NCBI GenBank assembly: GCA_005223035.1 | Contig: NJBK01000004.1 | Location: 40,577-104,576 of the forward strand | DNA from: Chloroflexi bacterium B3_Chlor | GTDB taxonomy: Bacteria > Chloroflexota > Anaerolineae > UBA7937 > B3-Chlor | DNA length: 64,000 nucleotides | Direction of reading: 5' to 3' | Part shown: piece after piece, positions 17,054 to 26,559 of the stretch | How positions within the stretch are numbered: the first letter of the stretch is position 1 | How the letters are laid out: each line of letters begins with the position of its first letter | Translations under genes and position numbers: made by a program | The notes under the pieces: model-generated | What the model was told of the DNA's origin: nothing | What the model saw: only the letters and a program-made list of their open reading frames with translations | The model's database searches: none

Positions 17054-17497
17054 TCAAGCCCTGGTGAAGGCATAGCTGAGCTGGCCGTTGGGGAGGGTGA
17101 TGGCCTCCGTTTTCATGGGCATCCCTATCGCCAACTCGTCGTCTGGTATGTCCTTGGCGATGCGGCCGAAAACCTTGTGGTCCCCGTAGTCGAGAAGGGC
17201 GATGGAGTAGGGTAGATCCTCTTCGAACCCCACTGGGGCATATGTCAGCTTGCTGAAGCTAACCAGCTTTCCCGTACCGGTGACCTCGAACCACTCGATA
17301 TCGCTGGACAGGCACTCTGCGCAGTCAGCCACGGGAGGGAAATGGACCGTCCCGCATTTCTTGCATTTCGTGCCCATCACCTTCCCCTGCTCCAGATGGC
17401 TGATGAAATCGTTGACCTTGGAGATCGAGGTGAAGCTGACGGTTCCAAACTTCTTGAACCGATCATCAACTTCCCTTTTCTTCTTCTTCTTCGCCAT
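17054..17497 (-). CDS. DUF35 OB-fold/zinc-ribbon protein (thiolase partner)
   Basis: CKKCGTVHFPPVADCAECL zinc-ribbon followed by an OB-fold region. Start MAKKKKKRE chosen at internal ATG (17497), 1 nt after the thiolase stop. Confidence 0.7.
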   Translation of the reverse strand: MAKKKKKREVDDRFKKFGTVSFTSISKVNDFISHLEQGKVMGTKCKKCGTVHFPPVADCAECLSSDIEWFEVTGTGKLVSFSKLTYAPVGFEEDLPYSIALLDYGDHKVFGRIAKDIPDDELAIGMPMKTEAITLPNGQLSYAFTRA

Positions 17498-17498
17498 C

Positions 17499-18659
17499 TT
17501 ATGACCTCCCGAGGATGGTGACGTTGCCGTAGAGCCCAACGCCGCCGATATTGTGTACCAACCCGATCTCAGGGTCCTTTACCTGCATGGGCCCGGCCTC
17601 GTCCCTCAGCTGAAGCACGATGGTCCTGATTTGGGAACCACCTGTAGCTCCGATCGGGTGTCCCTTGGAGAGAAGCCCTCCGTCTACGTTCACCGGTGTC
17701 TTGCCTTCTTTGTAGGTTTCTTTGGCCTTGATGAGTTCCTTCCCCTCTCCTGGCTCGGCGAAACCCAGATTCTCGTAGGCCATCATCTCGGCGATGGTGA
17801 AACAGTCGTGCACCTCGGCCACGTCAATGTCCTCTGGCCGCACTCCGGCCATCTCGTACGCCTGTTTTCCTGCCTCGATGGCCACGCTTAGTCCGGTGAA
17901 GAGGTCCCGTCCAGCCGTGTTCACCGTATCTGAGGCAGCTCCCAACCCCAGGATCCAGACGGGCTTGTCGCATAGAGCGTTGGCCTTCTCCTCGTTGGCC
18001 ACGATGATGCATGAGGAGCCATCGGCATTGGCGCAGCAATCGAAAACCTTCAAGGGTGTAGCCACCGGAGGCCTCTCGGGATCGAAGATCTGCTCCATGG
18101 TCACTGGCTTTCGGTAGACGGCCTTCTCGTTCATCTGGCCGTAGGTGGCGGCCTTGATCCTTATCAAAGCCAGGTCTTCCTCGGTGGTTCCGTATTCCTC
18201 CATGTGTGCTCGGGCGTACATGGCGTAGTACGCTGGCATCATGGTGCCGAAGGGAGACTCCCACTGGATGTCTGCGCCCCTCCCCATTCTCTCTTGGGAT
18301 TCCGCCGAGGTGATTTCGGACATTTTCTGGAAGCCCAGCACGCATACGACGTCATGGAGACCGGACTTAACCAGTGAGTAGGCAGTCCTCACACCCATGC
18401 TGCTCGATGAGCAAAGGCTCTCCAAATAGAAGGTGGGCTGAGGTGTAAGACCGAGATACTCAGCGATCACGCCCGCTGGAGACCTTTGCTTGTCGTACTC
18501 TGGAGCAGAACAAATAATGGATGCGTCAATATCCTTGTTCGATATCTTCGCATCCTCCATGGCCCCCTTGAACCCTTCGTAGGCCAGTTCCCGGATTGAG
18601 CCGGGATATCCGCGGACAAAGGCGCTTTGTCCGACTCCAATGATCCCTACTTTTCCCAT
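17499..18659 (-). CDS. thiolase-like protein (SCP-x/acetyl-CoA acetyltransferase family)
   Basis: MGKVGIIGVGQSAF start with GGAGG upstream. Thiolase Cys region ESLCSSSSMG. The ORF track shows a longer upstream extension that overlaps the neighbouring gene. Confidence 0.8.
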   Translation of the reverse strand: MGKVGIIGVGQSAFVRGYPGSIRELAYEGFKGAMEDAKISNKDIDASIICSAPEYDKQRSPAGVIAEYLGLTPQPTFYLESLCSSSSMGVRTAYSLVKSGLHDVVCVLGFQKMSEITSAESQERMGRGADIQWESPFGTMMPAYYAMYARAHMEEYGTTEEDLALIRIKAATYGQMNEKAVYRKPVTMEQIFDPERPPVATPLKVFDCCANADGSSCIIVANEEKANALCDKPVWILGLGAASDTVNTAGRDLFTGLSVAIEAGKQAYEMAGVRPEDIDVAEVHDCFTIAEMMAYENLGFAEPGEGKELIKAKETYKEGKTPVNVDGGLLSKGHPIGATGGSQIRTIVLQLRDEAGPMQVKDPEIGLVHNIGGVGLYGNVTILGRS

Positions 18660-18711
18660 ACATGACCTCCTATTTGATTTCGACGATCTAATGAAGCAAA
18701 TGCTTGGGGTT

Positions 18712-19737
18712 TCAAATACCGGATACCGGCCAGTTCTGTATAGCCCAGGCCAGCTCCTCGGGGCTGGGGGTTGCATTCCCCAGCTTCCGCACCACCAGCC
18801 CGGCTGCGTAGTTAGCCAGGTGAACTCCGTCAGTGGCACTCAGGCCCGCGGCGAGCGCCAGGGTCATGACCGCGATGACTGTATCACCGGCGCCCGTTAT
18901 GTCGAAGACCTCGGTGCGGTTGGCAGCTGGGACATGCAGCGTGCCCTCCTCACGGCCGATCAGAGACATCCCTTCGTCACCCCGCGTGATGACGATGGCC
19001 GATGAACCCAGGTCGGCCAGCAAACCTTCCCCCGCTTGTTCGAAATCAGCGTCGGCCCCTAGCTTACGGCCTAGCTGGGCCTCCGCCTCACGGCGGTTGC
19101 ATTTCACCAGGTCGAAGCCCTTGAACTTGTACAGGTCGCCTTGAGAATCCACCGTGATCAGCTTGCCATGATCACGGGCGACGCGCAAGGCCGTGGCGAT
19201 GGTCTCCTCGTTCACCACACCCGTCTTGTAATCGGAGAAGAGCAGGGCGTCGACGCGTGGAGCTATCTGTTGCAGGTGGGCTACCAACTCAGCGGTGACG
19301 TTCGCATCAAGGGGGCGACGCTCTGCCTGGTCTATGCGGGCCAGTTGCTGGGGAAAGACCAGGGTGCCCTCAGCAACTACGCGGGTCTTGGTGGTGGTGG
19401 TGCGAGCCGGATCGGTCACGACGCCGTCGGTGACGATCCCTGCCCCGTGCAAGTGGTTCACTAGCTTGCGGCCAGCGTCGTCATCGCCGATGACGCCTAG
19501 TTGGTGAGCGGTACTTCCCAGAGCGCTGATGTTGTGAGCGGGGTTGGCAGCGCCACCAGGTAGGTAGAAGCGACGATCAAACTCCAACACCGGGACCGGT
19601 GCCTCTCGGGATAACCTTGTGGCTCGACCTACGATGTACTCATCGAGAAAGAGATCGCCAAGGACCAGGATGTTCAGATCCCGGAGCCTCGGCAGCGCCC
19701 TCAACAGAGCATCTTTGTCCACTCGTCTTTTTGTCAT
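18712..19737 (-). CDS. PfkB-family sugar kinase, RfaE domain I-like (D-beta-D-heptose 7-phosphate kinase-like)
   Basis: VLGDLFLDEY...GGAANPAHN...DITGAGDT motifs of the ribokinase/PfkB family. Confidence 0.65.
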   Translation of the reverse strand: MTKRRVDKDALLRALPRLRDLNILVLGDLFLDEYIVGRATRLSREAPVPVLEFDRRFYLPGGAANPAHNISALGSTAHQLGVIGDDDAGRKLVNHLHGAGIVTDGVVTDPARTTTTKTRVVAEGTLVFPQQLARIDQAERRPLDANVTAELVAHLQQIAPRVDALLFSDYKTGVVNEETIATALRVARDHGKLITVDSQGDLYKFKGFDLVKCNRREAEAQLGRKLGADADFEQAGEGLLADLGSSAIVITRGDEGMSLIGREEGTLHVPAANRTEVFDITGAGDTVIAVMTLALAAGLSATDGVHLANYAAGLVVRKLGNATPSPEELAWAIQNWPVSGI

Positions 19738-19789
19738 AGTCCTGTGTCGGAAGGCCCGGCGGGAATTGTATCATCCGCCAGAGATAAAG

Positions 19790-20449
19790 TCAACGATTGG
19801 CTCCCTTGAGGATGTCGACAGCCACGAGACACCGCTGCCCTGTGTGGATCTCGCAGGCTCTGTGTGGCGAGACTGGTGGTGGGGTGAACCCCACTTGCTC
19901 CAGCAAGACGTAGAGATGGCAGAGAGGCAGTCCCATCACGTTGGTGTAGCAGCCCTTGATTCTGGCCACGGGACGGAAGTCTCGGTCCTGGATGGCGTAA
20001 GCCCCCGCCTTGTCGAACGGTTCATCCCTGGCGATGTAGTCAGCGATCTCTCGGTCTGAGTAGTCTCTCATCCATACCTGCGTCTCGACTGCCTGCACCG
20101 CGGGGGATCGGCCAGGCCGGTCATGGACGACAATCCCACTTGTGACCTCATGCTTGCGGCCCCGCAGAGCGTGCAGCACGGCCAAAGCCTCAGCAGCATT
20201 GTCGGGCTTGCCCATCACTCGATCTCCGAGCACAACCAGCGTGTCGGAAGCCACGATGACCTCTCCCTGCCGAACGTGGGCCACCACCTCAGCCTTCATC
20301 CGAGCCAGCCCCATGGCTGTCTTCTTGACGTCCTCGTACTTGGCCGTATCCTCCTTCACTCGCGGGACCACAACCTCAAAAGGGAGGCCCAGCAGGCCGA
20401 GTAGCTCTCTCCGGCGCGGCGAACCCGAAGCCAAGACGATCCCTCTCAT
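19790..20449 (-). CDS. maf: Maf-like nucleoside triphosphate pyrophosphatase
   Basis: LASGSPRRRELL N-terminal motif plus conserved Maf blocks (IVASDTLV, GKP, AYAIQ). Start taken at the internal MRGIVLASGSPRR. Confidence 0.8.
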   Translation of the reverse strand: MRGIVLASGSPRRRELLGLLGLPFEVVVPRVKEDTAKYEDVKKTAMGLARMKAEVVAHVRQGEVIVASDTLVVLGDRVMGKPDNAAEALAVLHALRGRKHEVTSGIVVHDRPGRSPAVQAVETQVWMRDYSDREIADYIARDEPFDKAGAYAIQDRDFRPVARIKGCYTNVMGLPLCHLYVLLEQVGFTPPPVSPHRACEIHTGQRCLVAVDILKGANR

Positions 20450-20735
20450 GTCTTTTCCAATTGCCACAAACGTGCTATACTTCTAGCCGTGAAACACTTC
20501 GCGAAGAGGGAAAACGTCCTCGACTTTGATCTGCCGGAGCATGTCGATCTCCTCCTGCTGGCGAACCCCACGGACCGCCGGCACGTAACACATTCCCTAT
20601 TCTGTTCTCACCTTGCCAGCGTCGGCGAAGGCAGATTGGCTCATCCCGTAAGAGAACCGCTGGCGGAGTCCCTTCAGCTCAAGGGCATGTCGCACCCCGA
20701 CACAGACACCATGATTCAACGAAGAAGGGTAGCCG

Positions 20736-21572
20736 ATGCCGGTCATTGATTTTCACCTCCACATCATGGACCCTGCGAACCTGCGGCCTTGGGCCAGCCA
20801 CTATCTTCAGAGTTCCAGCGGCGAGGAGATGGACTACCTGGGTCAGGTCATGGCCTCACCCGAGCTATTGGTCCAGATGTTGCACGATAACGGCGTGGAC
20901 TACGGAGTAGTCCTGACCGAAATCAGCCCCATCACCACTGGTGTAATCAGCAATGAGGCTGTAGCCGAGTTCTGTGATGGCCAAGAGGCCCTGATCCCTT
21001 TTGCAAACATCAACCCCTTCATGTCGGCTAATCTCGCCCAGGAGTTGGAACGTTGCGTCCTGGAAATGGGGTTCAAGGGACTGAAACTGTACCCCACCTA
21101 TCAAGGCTTCTATGCCAATGATAACATGATCTACCCGCTTTACGCCAAGGCTCAGGAACTGGGGATTCCGGTGATGATTCACACGGGGTCATCCATCTTC
21201 ACAGGAGCGCGCTTGAAATATGGCGATCCCTTATGGATAGATGAGGTGGCTGTGGATTTCCCTGAGTTGCCGTTGATACAGGTTCATAGCGGTAGAGGGT
21301 TCTGGTATGGTCGAGCTTTCTTTCTCGCGCGCCTGCATCGCAATGTGTACATGGAGATCGCCGGATTGCCCCCACACAAGCTGCTGGGCTATTTTCCAGA
21401 GTTGGAGAAGAACGCAGACAGAATCGTTTTTGGTTCCGATTGGCCGGGGCTGCGCAGTATCAAGGCCAATGTCGAGGCCATCAGGTCCTTGGCCATCAGT
21501 GAAGAGACAAAGGCCAAGATCCTTGGAGGAAACGCGGTTCGTCTGCTGGGGCACGCACTGCCTGGCAAATAA
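20736..21572 (+). CDS. amidohydrolase-2 family (TIM-barrel metal-dependent hydrolase)
   Basis: MPVIDFHLHI N-terminal HxH, then ...MIHTGSS... and ...FGSDWP... metal-ligand motifs. Confidence 0.7.
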   Translation: MPVIDFHLHIMDPANLRPWASHYLQSSSGEEMDYLGQVMASPELLVQMLHDNGVDYGVVLTEISPITTGVISNEAVAEFCDGQEALIPFANINPFMSANLAQELERCVLEMGFKGLKLYPTYQGFYANDNMIYPLYAKAQELGIPVMIHTGSSIFTGARLKYGDPLWIDEVAVDFPELPLIQVHSGRGFWYGRAFFLARLHRNVYMEIAGLPPHKLLGYFPELEKNADRIVFGSDWPGLRSIKANVEAIRSLAISEETKAKILGGNAVRLLGHALPGK

Positions 21573-21649
21573 TGTTGACGTCACGATTCGAGGAACTGGA
21601 GAGCTGAGGAGGGGTGCGGGCTCACAGCACGGGATAGGGAAAGAGCGGT

Positions 21650-22540
21650 ATGTTGGAGTGGAAACCTAGGCGCCTCCTGGGCGGTGGCATTGGCACCGGC
21701 GCTATGTTGGGTATCTTACTACTAGATGGTCTGCTTCTCCAAATCTTGAGTAACTCACCCATTTCCATAGCATCCTTCGTTCTGGGGCTGTTGATAGCCC
21801 TTTCCCTACCGCTGTTGGCCATTCTTGGGTTCCTGTTGTACGGGTTGTTTAGCCTTCGATATTTGATGGGGCGGGACAGCCTGGAGATATCATGGGCCAG
21901 GCGCCAGGAGATTATACCTTTGGCGGCCATCGAATCCATCGCTTCCGTGGCAGACTTGGACGACAGAATCAAGGCCAGGGGTCTGTGCTGGCCAGGCCAT
22001 TGTGTCGCTCGAGGGCGCGACGACAAAGGCGGGGAAGTCCGGTTCTACTCAACTGGTCGCCGCGCGCAAGAAGTAATGATCGTCACCCCAGTAGTGGCCT
22101 TCGTCATCTCCCCCAGCAACCCTACAGGCTTCCTTGCGGCTGTGCGGGCTCGGCGACGGCTGGGCCCTGCACGGGATTTGCAGCAGACGAGAATAGAACG
22201 CGGGCTGGTGGGTCTCCGCATCTGGCGTGACTGGAAGGCTCTTGGGCTAGCGGCGTCAGGAATAGTGGCCAACGCTAGTCTTTTCGCCTACATGACCCTC
22301 CGCTACCCCCATCTGCCTGAACTTGTTCCCCTCTTGTCCGAGGCGGGGCAAGTCAAACTGATCGGGGCCAAAGAGGAACTCCTGGAGCTTCCGATAATAG
22401 GCCTCACCGTTCTTCTGGCGAACACCGCGCTCGGATTCGCCCTCCATCGGTGGGAACGGCTCGTCACTTACCTTCTGGGCTCAATTGCTCTCCTGGTGCA
22501 GATCCTCTTCTGGTCGGCCGTGATCAGCATCATCCGTTGA
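21650..22540 (+). CDS. membrane protein with bacterial PH-like domain
   Basis: Multiple hydrophobic helices, plus a YdbT/bPH-like segment RDSLEISWARRQEIIPLAAIESI. Confidence 0.45.
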   Translation: MLEWKPRRLLGGGIGTGAMLGILLLDGLLLQILSNSPISIASFVLGLLIALSLPLLAILGFLLYGLFSLRYLMGRDSLEISWARRQEIIPLAAIESIASVADLDDRIKARGLCWPGHCVARGRDDKGGEVRFYSTGRRAQEVMIVTPVVAFVISPSNPTGFLAAVRARRRLGPARDLQQTRIERGLVGLRIWRDWKALGLAASGIVANASLFAYMTLRYPHLPELVPLLSEAGQVKLIGAKEELLELPIIGLTVLLANTALGFALHRWERLVTYLLGSIALLVQILFWSAVISIIR

Positions 22541-22570
22541 AAGCGCTCTCGAGGATACGCTCCTGTGGGG

Positions 22571-23215
22571 CTATTCCTGTGAGGCCGCAATGGGAACGGG
22601 CCTGAGGCGCTGGACCAACTGCTTGCGTCGTTTCTGGAGCAGCCGCTGATAGGGGGCCGAGAGGATGTGTTCTGCGGTCATGATCAAGGCGTCTTCCCGG
22701 TTATCGGAGTAGTAGCGGGGCTGGCTCCCGACGACCTTGAAGCCGTACTTGTGGTATAGGCTCTGCGCGGTGATGTTGGAGACTCTCACCTCCAGGGACA
22801 TGAGGCGGGCATTCAACTGTATGGCTCGCTCGATGGCTGTTACCAGCAGCAACTGGCCTACACCTCGCCTACGATACTCAGGATCAACCGCTATCGTGCT
22901 AATGTGCGCCTCGTCACCAGCTATCCAGAAACCACAATACCCCACGACCGAGGTTCTCCGCGTTCTCGTGCTGTGCGTCCAGTGCTGCATCCACTGCAGG
23001 AGGCCAGAGTCTCTCTCCTCAGCTTCCTCCTCGGGCGCCTCAGGAGATCGCCGCCGAGCCACGAAGTAGTGCGCCAGGCGGTTCTGCCTGACCTCGTATC
23101 GGTAAGCGCGGGGTGGCCAAGGGCTTGTAAAGCTGACCAGCTCTATCTCCACCACCTCTCCAATGTCCTGCACCCGCATGGGCTCCACAACATAGGGTAG
23201 ATCTTGTCGGTCCAT
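22571..23215 (-). CDS. rimI: GNAT N-acetyltransferase, RimI-like
   Basis: Acetyl-CoA motif RRRGVGQLLL. Lies 4 nt downstream of tsaB in a tsaE-tsaB-rimI arrangement. Start taken at the internal MDRQDL. Confidence 0.7.
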   Translation of the reverse strand: MDRQDLPYVVEPMRVQDIGEVVEIELVSFTSPWPPRAYRYEVRQNRLAHYFVARRRSPEAPEEEAEERDSGLLQWMQHWTHSTRTRRTSVVGYCGFWIAGDEAHISTIAVDPEYRRRGVGQLLLVTAIERAIQLNARLMSLEVRVSNITAQSLYHKYGFKVVGSQPRYYSDNREDALIMTAEHILSAPYQRLLQKRRKQLVQRLRPVPIAASQE

Positions 23216-23219
23216 GAAT

Positions 23220-23906
23220 TCAATCACCGTCGCCAGGATGGTGTAGATAGAGGGGTTCCAGGCTTGCCACGTCGTCCCCTCCACGGGCTCGCAGTTGTCT
23301 CCAACCCAGTTCGGCCAGATAGCCCGCCCGGCGCAGGGAAGAGGCTGGAGAGGCAATCGTGACTAGGCTGCCCAGCTTTTCTTCCAGCTCCCTCCTGACA
23401 GAAGTATCTATCTCGCCGCAGAAGAGGGTCTGCGAGTCGATTCGAGAGGCCAACTCCTGGACAGCGACCAAACGATAGTCGGTCGTCTGTTGCCACTTCC
23501 CACCGCGTTTCTCATAAGAGGCCGCACAGATGCGCCCCCTGCCCGCCTGGATGATGGCGCAGATGGGGAAGTCCTGTTCGTAGTGGGCGTAGGCCACGAC
23601 ATCCAAGGTGGGGATGCCGACGATGGGTATGCCCAGTGAGAAGGACAGGCCTTTGGCCACGCTCAAACCTATCCTCAGCCCCGTGAACGATCCGGGTCCC
23701 AGGGCCACCGCCAGCGCGTCCAGTCGCTCCGCAGCGATACCTTGCCTTTCCAACATCTGCACGACAGTGGGCATCAGCTCCACCGTGTGGTTCATGGAAG
23801 TATGCCAGGTGGATTCAGCTCTTGGTCCTGTTGCTGGATCGTAGAGGGCCACTCCTGCCACTTCGGTAGCGGTGTCAATGGCTAGGACGGTTTGAGCCAT
23901 GCTCAA
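23220..23906 (-). CDS. tsaB: tRNA threonylcarbamoyladenosine biosynthesis protein TsaB (YeaZ)
   Basis: N-terminus LAIDTATEVAGVAL and TsaB family blocks. Overlaps the tsaE stop by 4 nt. Confidence 0.8.
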   Translation of the reverse strand: MSMAQTVLAIDTATEVAGVALYDPATGPRAESTWHTSMNHTVELMPTVVQMLERQGIAAERLDALAVALGPGSFTGLRIGLSVAKGLSFSLGIPIVGIPTLDVVAYAHYEQDFPICAIIQAGRGRICAASYEKRGGKWQQTTDYRLVAVQELASRIDSQTLFCGEIDTSVRRELEEKLGSLVTIASPASSLRRAGYLAELGWRQLRARGGDDVASLEPLYLHHPGDGD

Positions 23907-24385
23907 TATTCCAATGCCTTTCTCAAACGACGGAGCAGTTGACAGTAGCGCTGACCTTTGGCCTGAATAGAGATGCTACGTTGTTCCTCGCCTTCGTGCT
24001 TGAGCATGATGTATAAACACTCCGCAGGTAGAATTCCCCTCGCCTTCTCGGCCCATTCGATGACACAGATTCCATCGGCGTAGAAAAACCCGTCAATGCC
24101 CGCCTGCACAATCTCCCCGATGCTATCGAGGCGGTAGAGATCAACGTGGTAGAGGGTGCCAGTTCTGCTGTAGTACTCGTTTACCAGGGTGAAAGTCGGG
24201 CTGGTTATGGCCTCACTGACCCCCAGGGCGTCACCGATGGCCTGGATGAGAGTGGTCTTTCCCGTCCCCAGCTCGCCTTCCAGGCAGATGACCTCTTGTC
24301 CCTCCAACAGTTGGCTGAGAAAAGCCCCGAGTTGCCGGGTCTCCGACACACTGTGGCTGACCAAGGTCAAGCTTTCACGGTCCAC
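23903..24385 (-). CDS. tsaE: tRNA threonylcarbamoyladenosine biosynthesis protein TsaE (YjeE ATPase)
   Basis: Walker A GELGTGKTT, SPTFTLVNEY, HVDLYRL motifs. Confidence 0.8.
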   Translation of the reverse strand: MDRESLTLVSHSVSETRQLGAFLSQLLEGQEVICLEGELGTGKTTLIQAIGDALGVSEAITSPTFTLVNEYYSRTGTLYHVDLYRLDSIGEIVQAGIDGFFYADGICVIEWAEKARGILPAECLYIMLKHEGEEQRSISIQAKGQRYCQLLRRLRKALEY

Positions 24386-24788
24386 AATAACGTCTCGCGA
24401 TACGCCCGTCGCCGATGGCGAATTATATAGCCTTTATTGGGGATACACAAGTCTCGAGCGCCAAGTTGTCTGCGTCAGTGCAGGTGAGACTTGGAGTTCC
24501 CATGGATCCGTCTCTCGCCACTGTGAGCCAAAGAAACCACAGCGGTGCGGCCGTTGCGGGCAGCCTTGTCGGCAGCACTGCCTGTTAGCAGTGTTCTGAG
24601 AAAGCCCGACGCTCTCGTGCTGCGGCGGAATTCGCGGCCCTACTGGTAGCCCCGGCCAGTCCCTGCCGGACTCCAATAATCCATCGTGCAGCGGGATTTG
24701 CAGTTCCGTCCCTGCTTTGAGAAGCGTTCTTCGACACCCTCCTGGCAGCCTGGCTAAAACCGGCGCAGTGTGGTAGTATTGCGCTGTT

Positions 24789-25526
24789 GTGCGCTACTTG
24801 ATTATTTCCGACATACATGGCAACCTTGTCGCTCTTGATGCGGTCCTGGCCGCCGCGGACTTGGAGACCATAGATCGAATATGGTGCCTCGGAGACGTGG
24901 TTGGCTACGGGCCCTCTCCCAACCAGTGCATCAGCCGCCTGAGGGCGTTTTCGGACCATCATTGTGTTGCCGGCAATCACGACTGGGCTGCCATTAGCAG
25001 GATAGACATCGCGGAGTTCAACCCCAGCGCTCAAATGGCCTGTCAGTGGACGGGCCAGCAGTTGAGCCCGGAGAATAGGGACTATCTTGAAAGGCTGCCC
25101 ACGAGGATTGTGCAAGGCAACTGTACTTTGGTGCATGGAAGCCCTCGAGAGCCGGTTTGGGAGTACATCATCTACCCCTCGACGGCACAACTCAACTTTC
25201 AGTTCTTCCATAGCCAATTGTGTTTTGTGGGTCACACCCATGCCCCTGCTGTCTTTCGTGAGGAAACCTCGACGCAGAAGTTTGAGATCAGCATTCCCGT
25301 CCCGGATCAGCCGATACCTATCGACGACAAACGCTTGATCGTCAACCCAGGCAGTGTGGGACAGCCTCGAGATGGTGATCCGCATGCCGCCTATATGATC
25401 TTGGAGGAAGAGGCGGGGATCATTGAGTATCACCGGGTGTCCTACGACATTGCGTTGACACAGGATCTGATGTTGGAGAAAGGGCTCCCGGACAGCCTCA
25501 TCAGCCGCTTGACTTTCGGCTGGTAG
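24789..25526 (+). CDS. metallophosphoesterase (calcineurin-like, YfcE-type)
   Basis: GTG start. DIHGN, GDVVGYG, GNHD, GHTH motifs. Confidence 0.75.
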   Translation: MRYLIISDIHGNLVALDAVLAAADLETIDRIWCLGDVVGYGPSPNQCISRLRAFSDHHCVAGNHDWAAISRIDIAEFNPSAQMACQWTGQQLSPENRDYLERLPTRIVQGNCTLVHGSPREPVWEYIIYPSTAQLNFQFFHSQLCFVGHTHAPAVFREETSTQKFEISIPVPDQPIPIDDKRLIVNPGSVGQPRDGDPHAAYMILEEEAGIIEYHRVSYDIALTQDLMLEKGLPDSLISRLTFGW

Positions 25527-25594
25527 CCGCCTTGGGGGAACTTCTTTGCTGCCATACACGTCTTAGGAGTAGAGAGAAGGATAGCAGGAGGGTG

Positions 25595-26506
25595 ATGATG
25601 AGAAAAGCTATCTCGCTGGCGGTGTTTGTGATTCTGTCCGTGGTGCTCGTCGGATGTGCGATGGGAGCACCTGCCCCACTGGCACCGGAGGAGATGGAGA
25701 GGGGTTTCGATAAGGGCTTGCAGGTGGCACCTGAAGCCCCGCCACCGATGCCTGCGGCGACCCCTGCGCCTTATGGCGGGGCCGAAGACCTGGTGAGCGA
25801 CCGCATGATCGTGCGTACCGCAAGCTTATCCCTCGTGGTTGAGGACACAGAGGAGAGCTTGGAGGTGATAGAGAACCTGGCTTCGGAGCTGCGGGGATAC
25901 ATATCTGACCTTCGCACCTGGCGGGTCAACGACCAATTGGCTGCCTCCGTCACTTTGCGGATCCCGGCGGAATCGTTCGATGAGGCCAGAGAGCGGATCA
26001 AGGATCTGGCCACGGAACTCGAGAATGAGAACGTCTCCGGCCAGGACGTAACCGAGGAGTATGTCGATTTGGAGGCTCGTTTACATAATCTGGAGGTCGC
26101 TGAAGAGGAACTGCTAGAGCTATTGGCCTCGGCTCAGGAGACTCATCGGGATGCTGACAGCATATTGGCCATATATCGGGAGATAACGAACGTCAGACAA
26201 CAGATCGAGCAGATCCGGGGCAGGATGCAGTACCTGGAGAATGTATCCTCTCTGGCAACCTTGACCATCAATCTCACCCCGGAAGAAGTCGAGGAGCCAG
26301 TCGTCGAGCCGGGGTGGGAGCCGTTGCGCCAGGCGAGGGATGCGTTGCGCACTCTGGTGAATGCCCTGAAGGTTCTCGTGGACTTGCTGATCTGGGTAGT
26401 GCTGTTCTTCCTGCCGATGGTGGCCATCCTGTCTCTGCCCTTCGTCCTCGCTTGGCTGGGCTGGTACGCATGGAGGCGTAGAAGAAGAGGTTCGAAAGAG
26501 AGCTAG
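25595..26506 (+). CDS. DUF4349-like lipoprotein with C-terminal membrane anchor
   Basis: Lipobox LVGCA after a signal peptide. Start MMRKAISL with AGGAGG upstream. C-terminal hydrophobic helix followed by RRRRR. Confidence 0.6.
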   Translation: MMRKAISLAVFVILSVVLVGCAMGAPAPLAPEEMERGFDKGLQVAPEAPPPMPAATPAPYGGAEDLVSDRMIVRTASLSLVVEDTEESLEVIENLASELRGYISDLRTWRVNDQLAASVTLRIPAESFDEARERIKDLATELENENVSGQDVTEEYVDLEARLHNLEVAEEELLELLASAQETHRDADSILAIYREITNVRQQIEQIRGRMQYLENVSSLATLTINLTPEEVEEPVVEPGWEPLRQARDALRTLVNALKVLVDLLIWVVLFFLPMVAILSLPFVLAWLGWYAWRRRRRGSKES

Positions 26507-26559
26507 GTCGCAGCAGGGGCGTGGTCAGCACCACGCCCCTTTCTCTGCAAATTGAAGCG

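Noticed and set aside
20476-20481. TATACT hexamer upstream of the amidohydrolase gene as another copy of the recurring promoter
   Set aside because: The nearest TTGnnn (TTGCCA) is only 9 nt upstream, and the hexamer at 17-nt spacing is TTTTCC. Not called.
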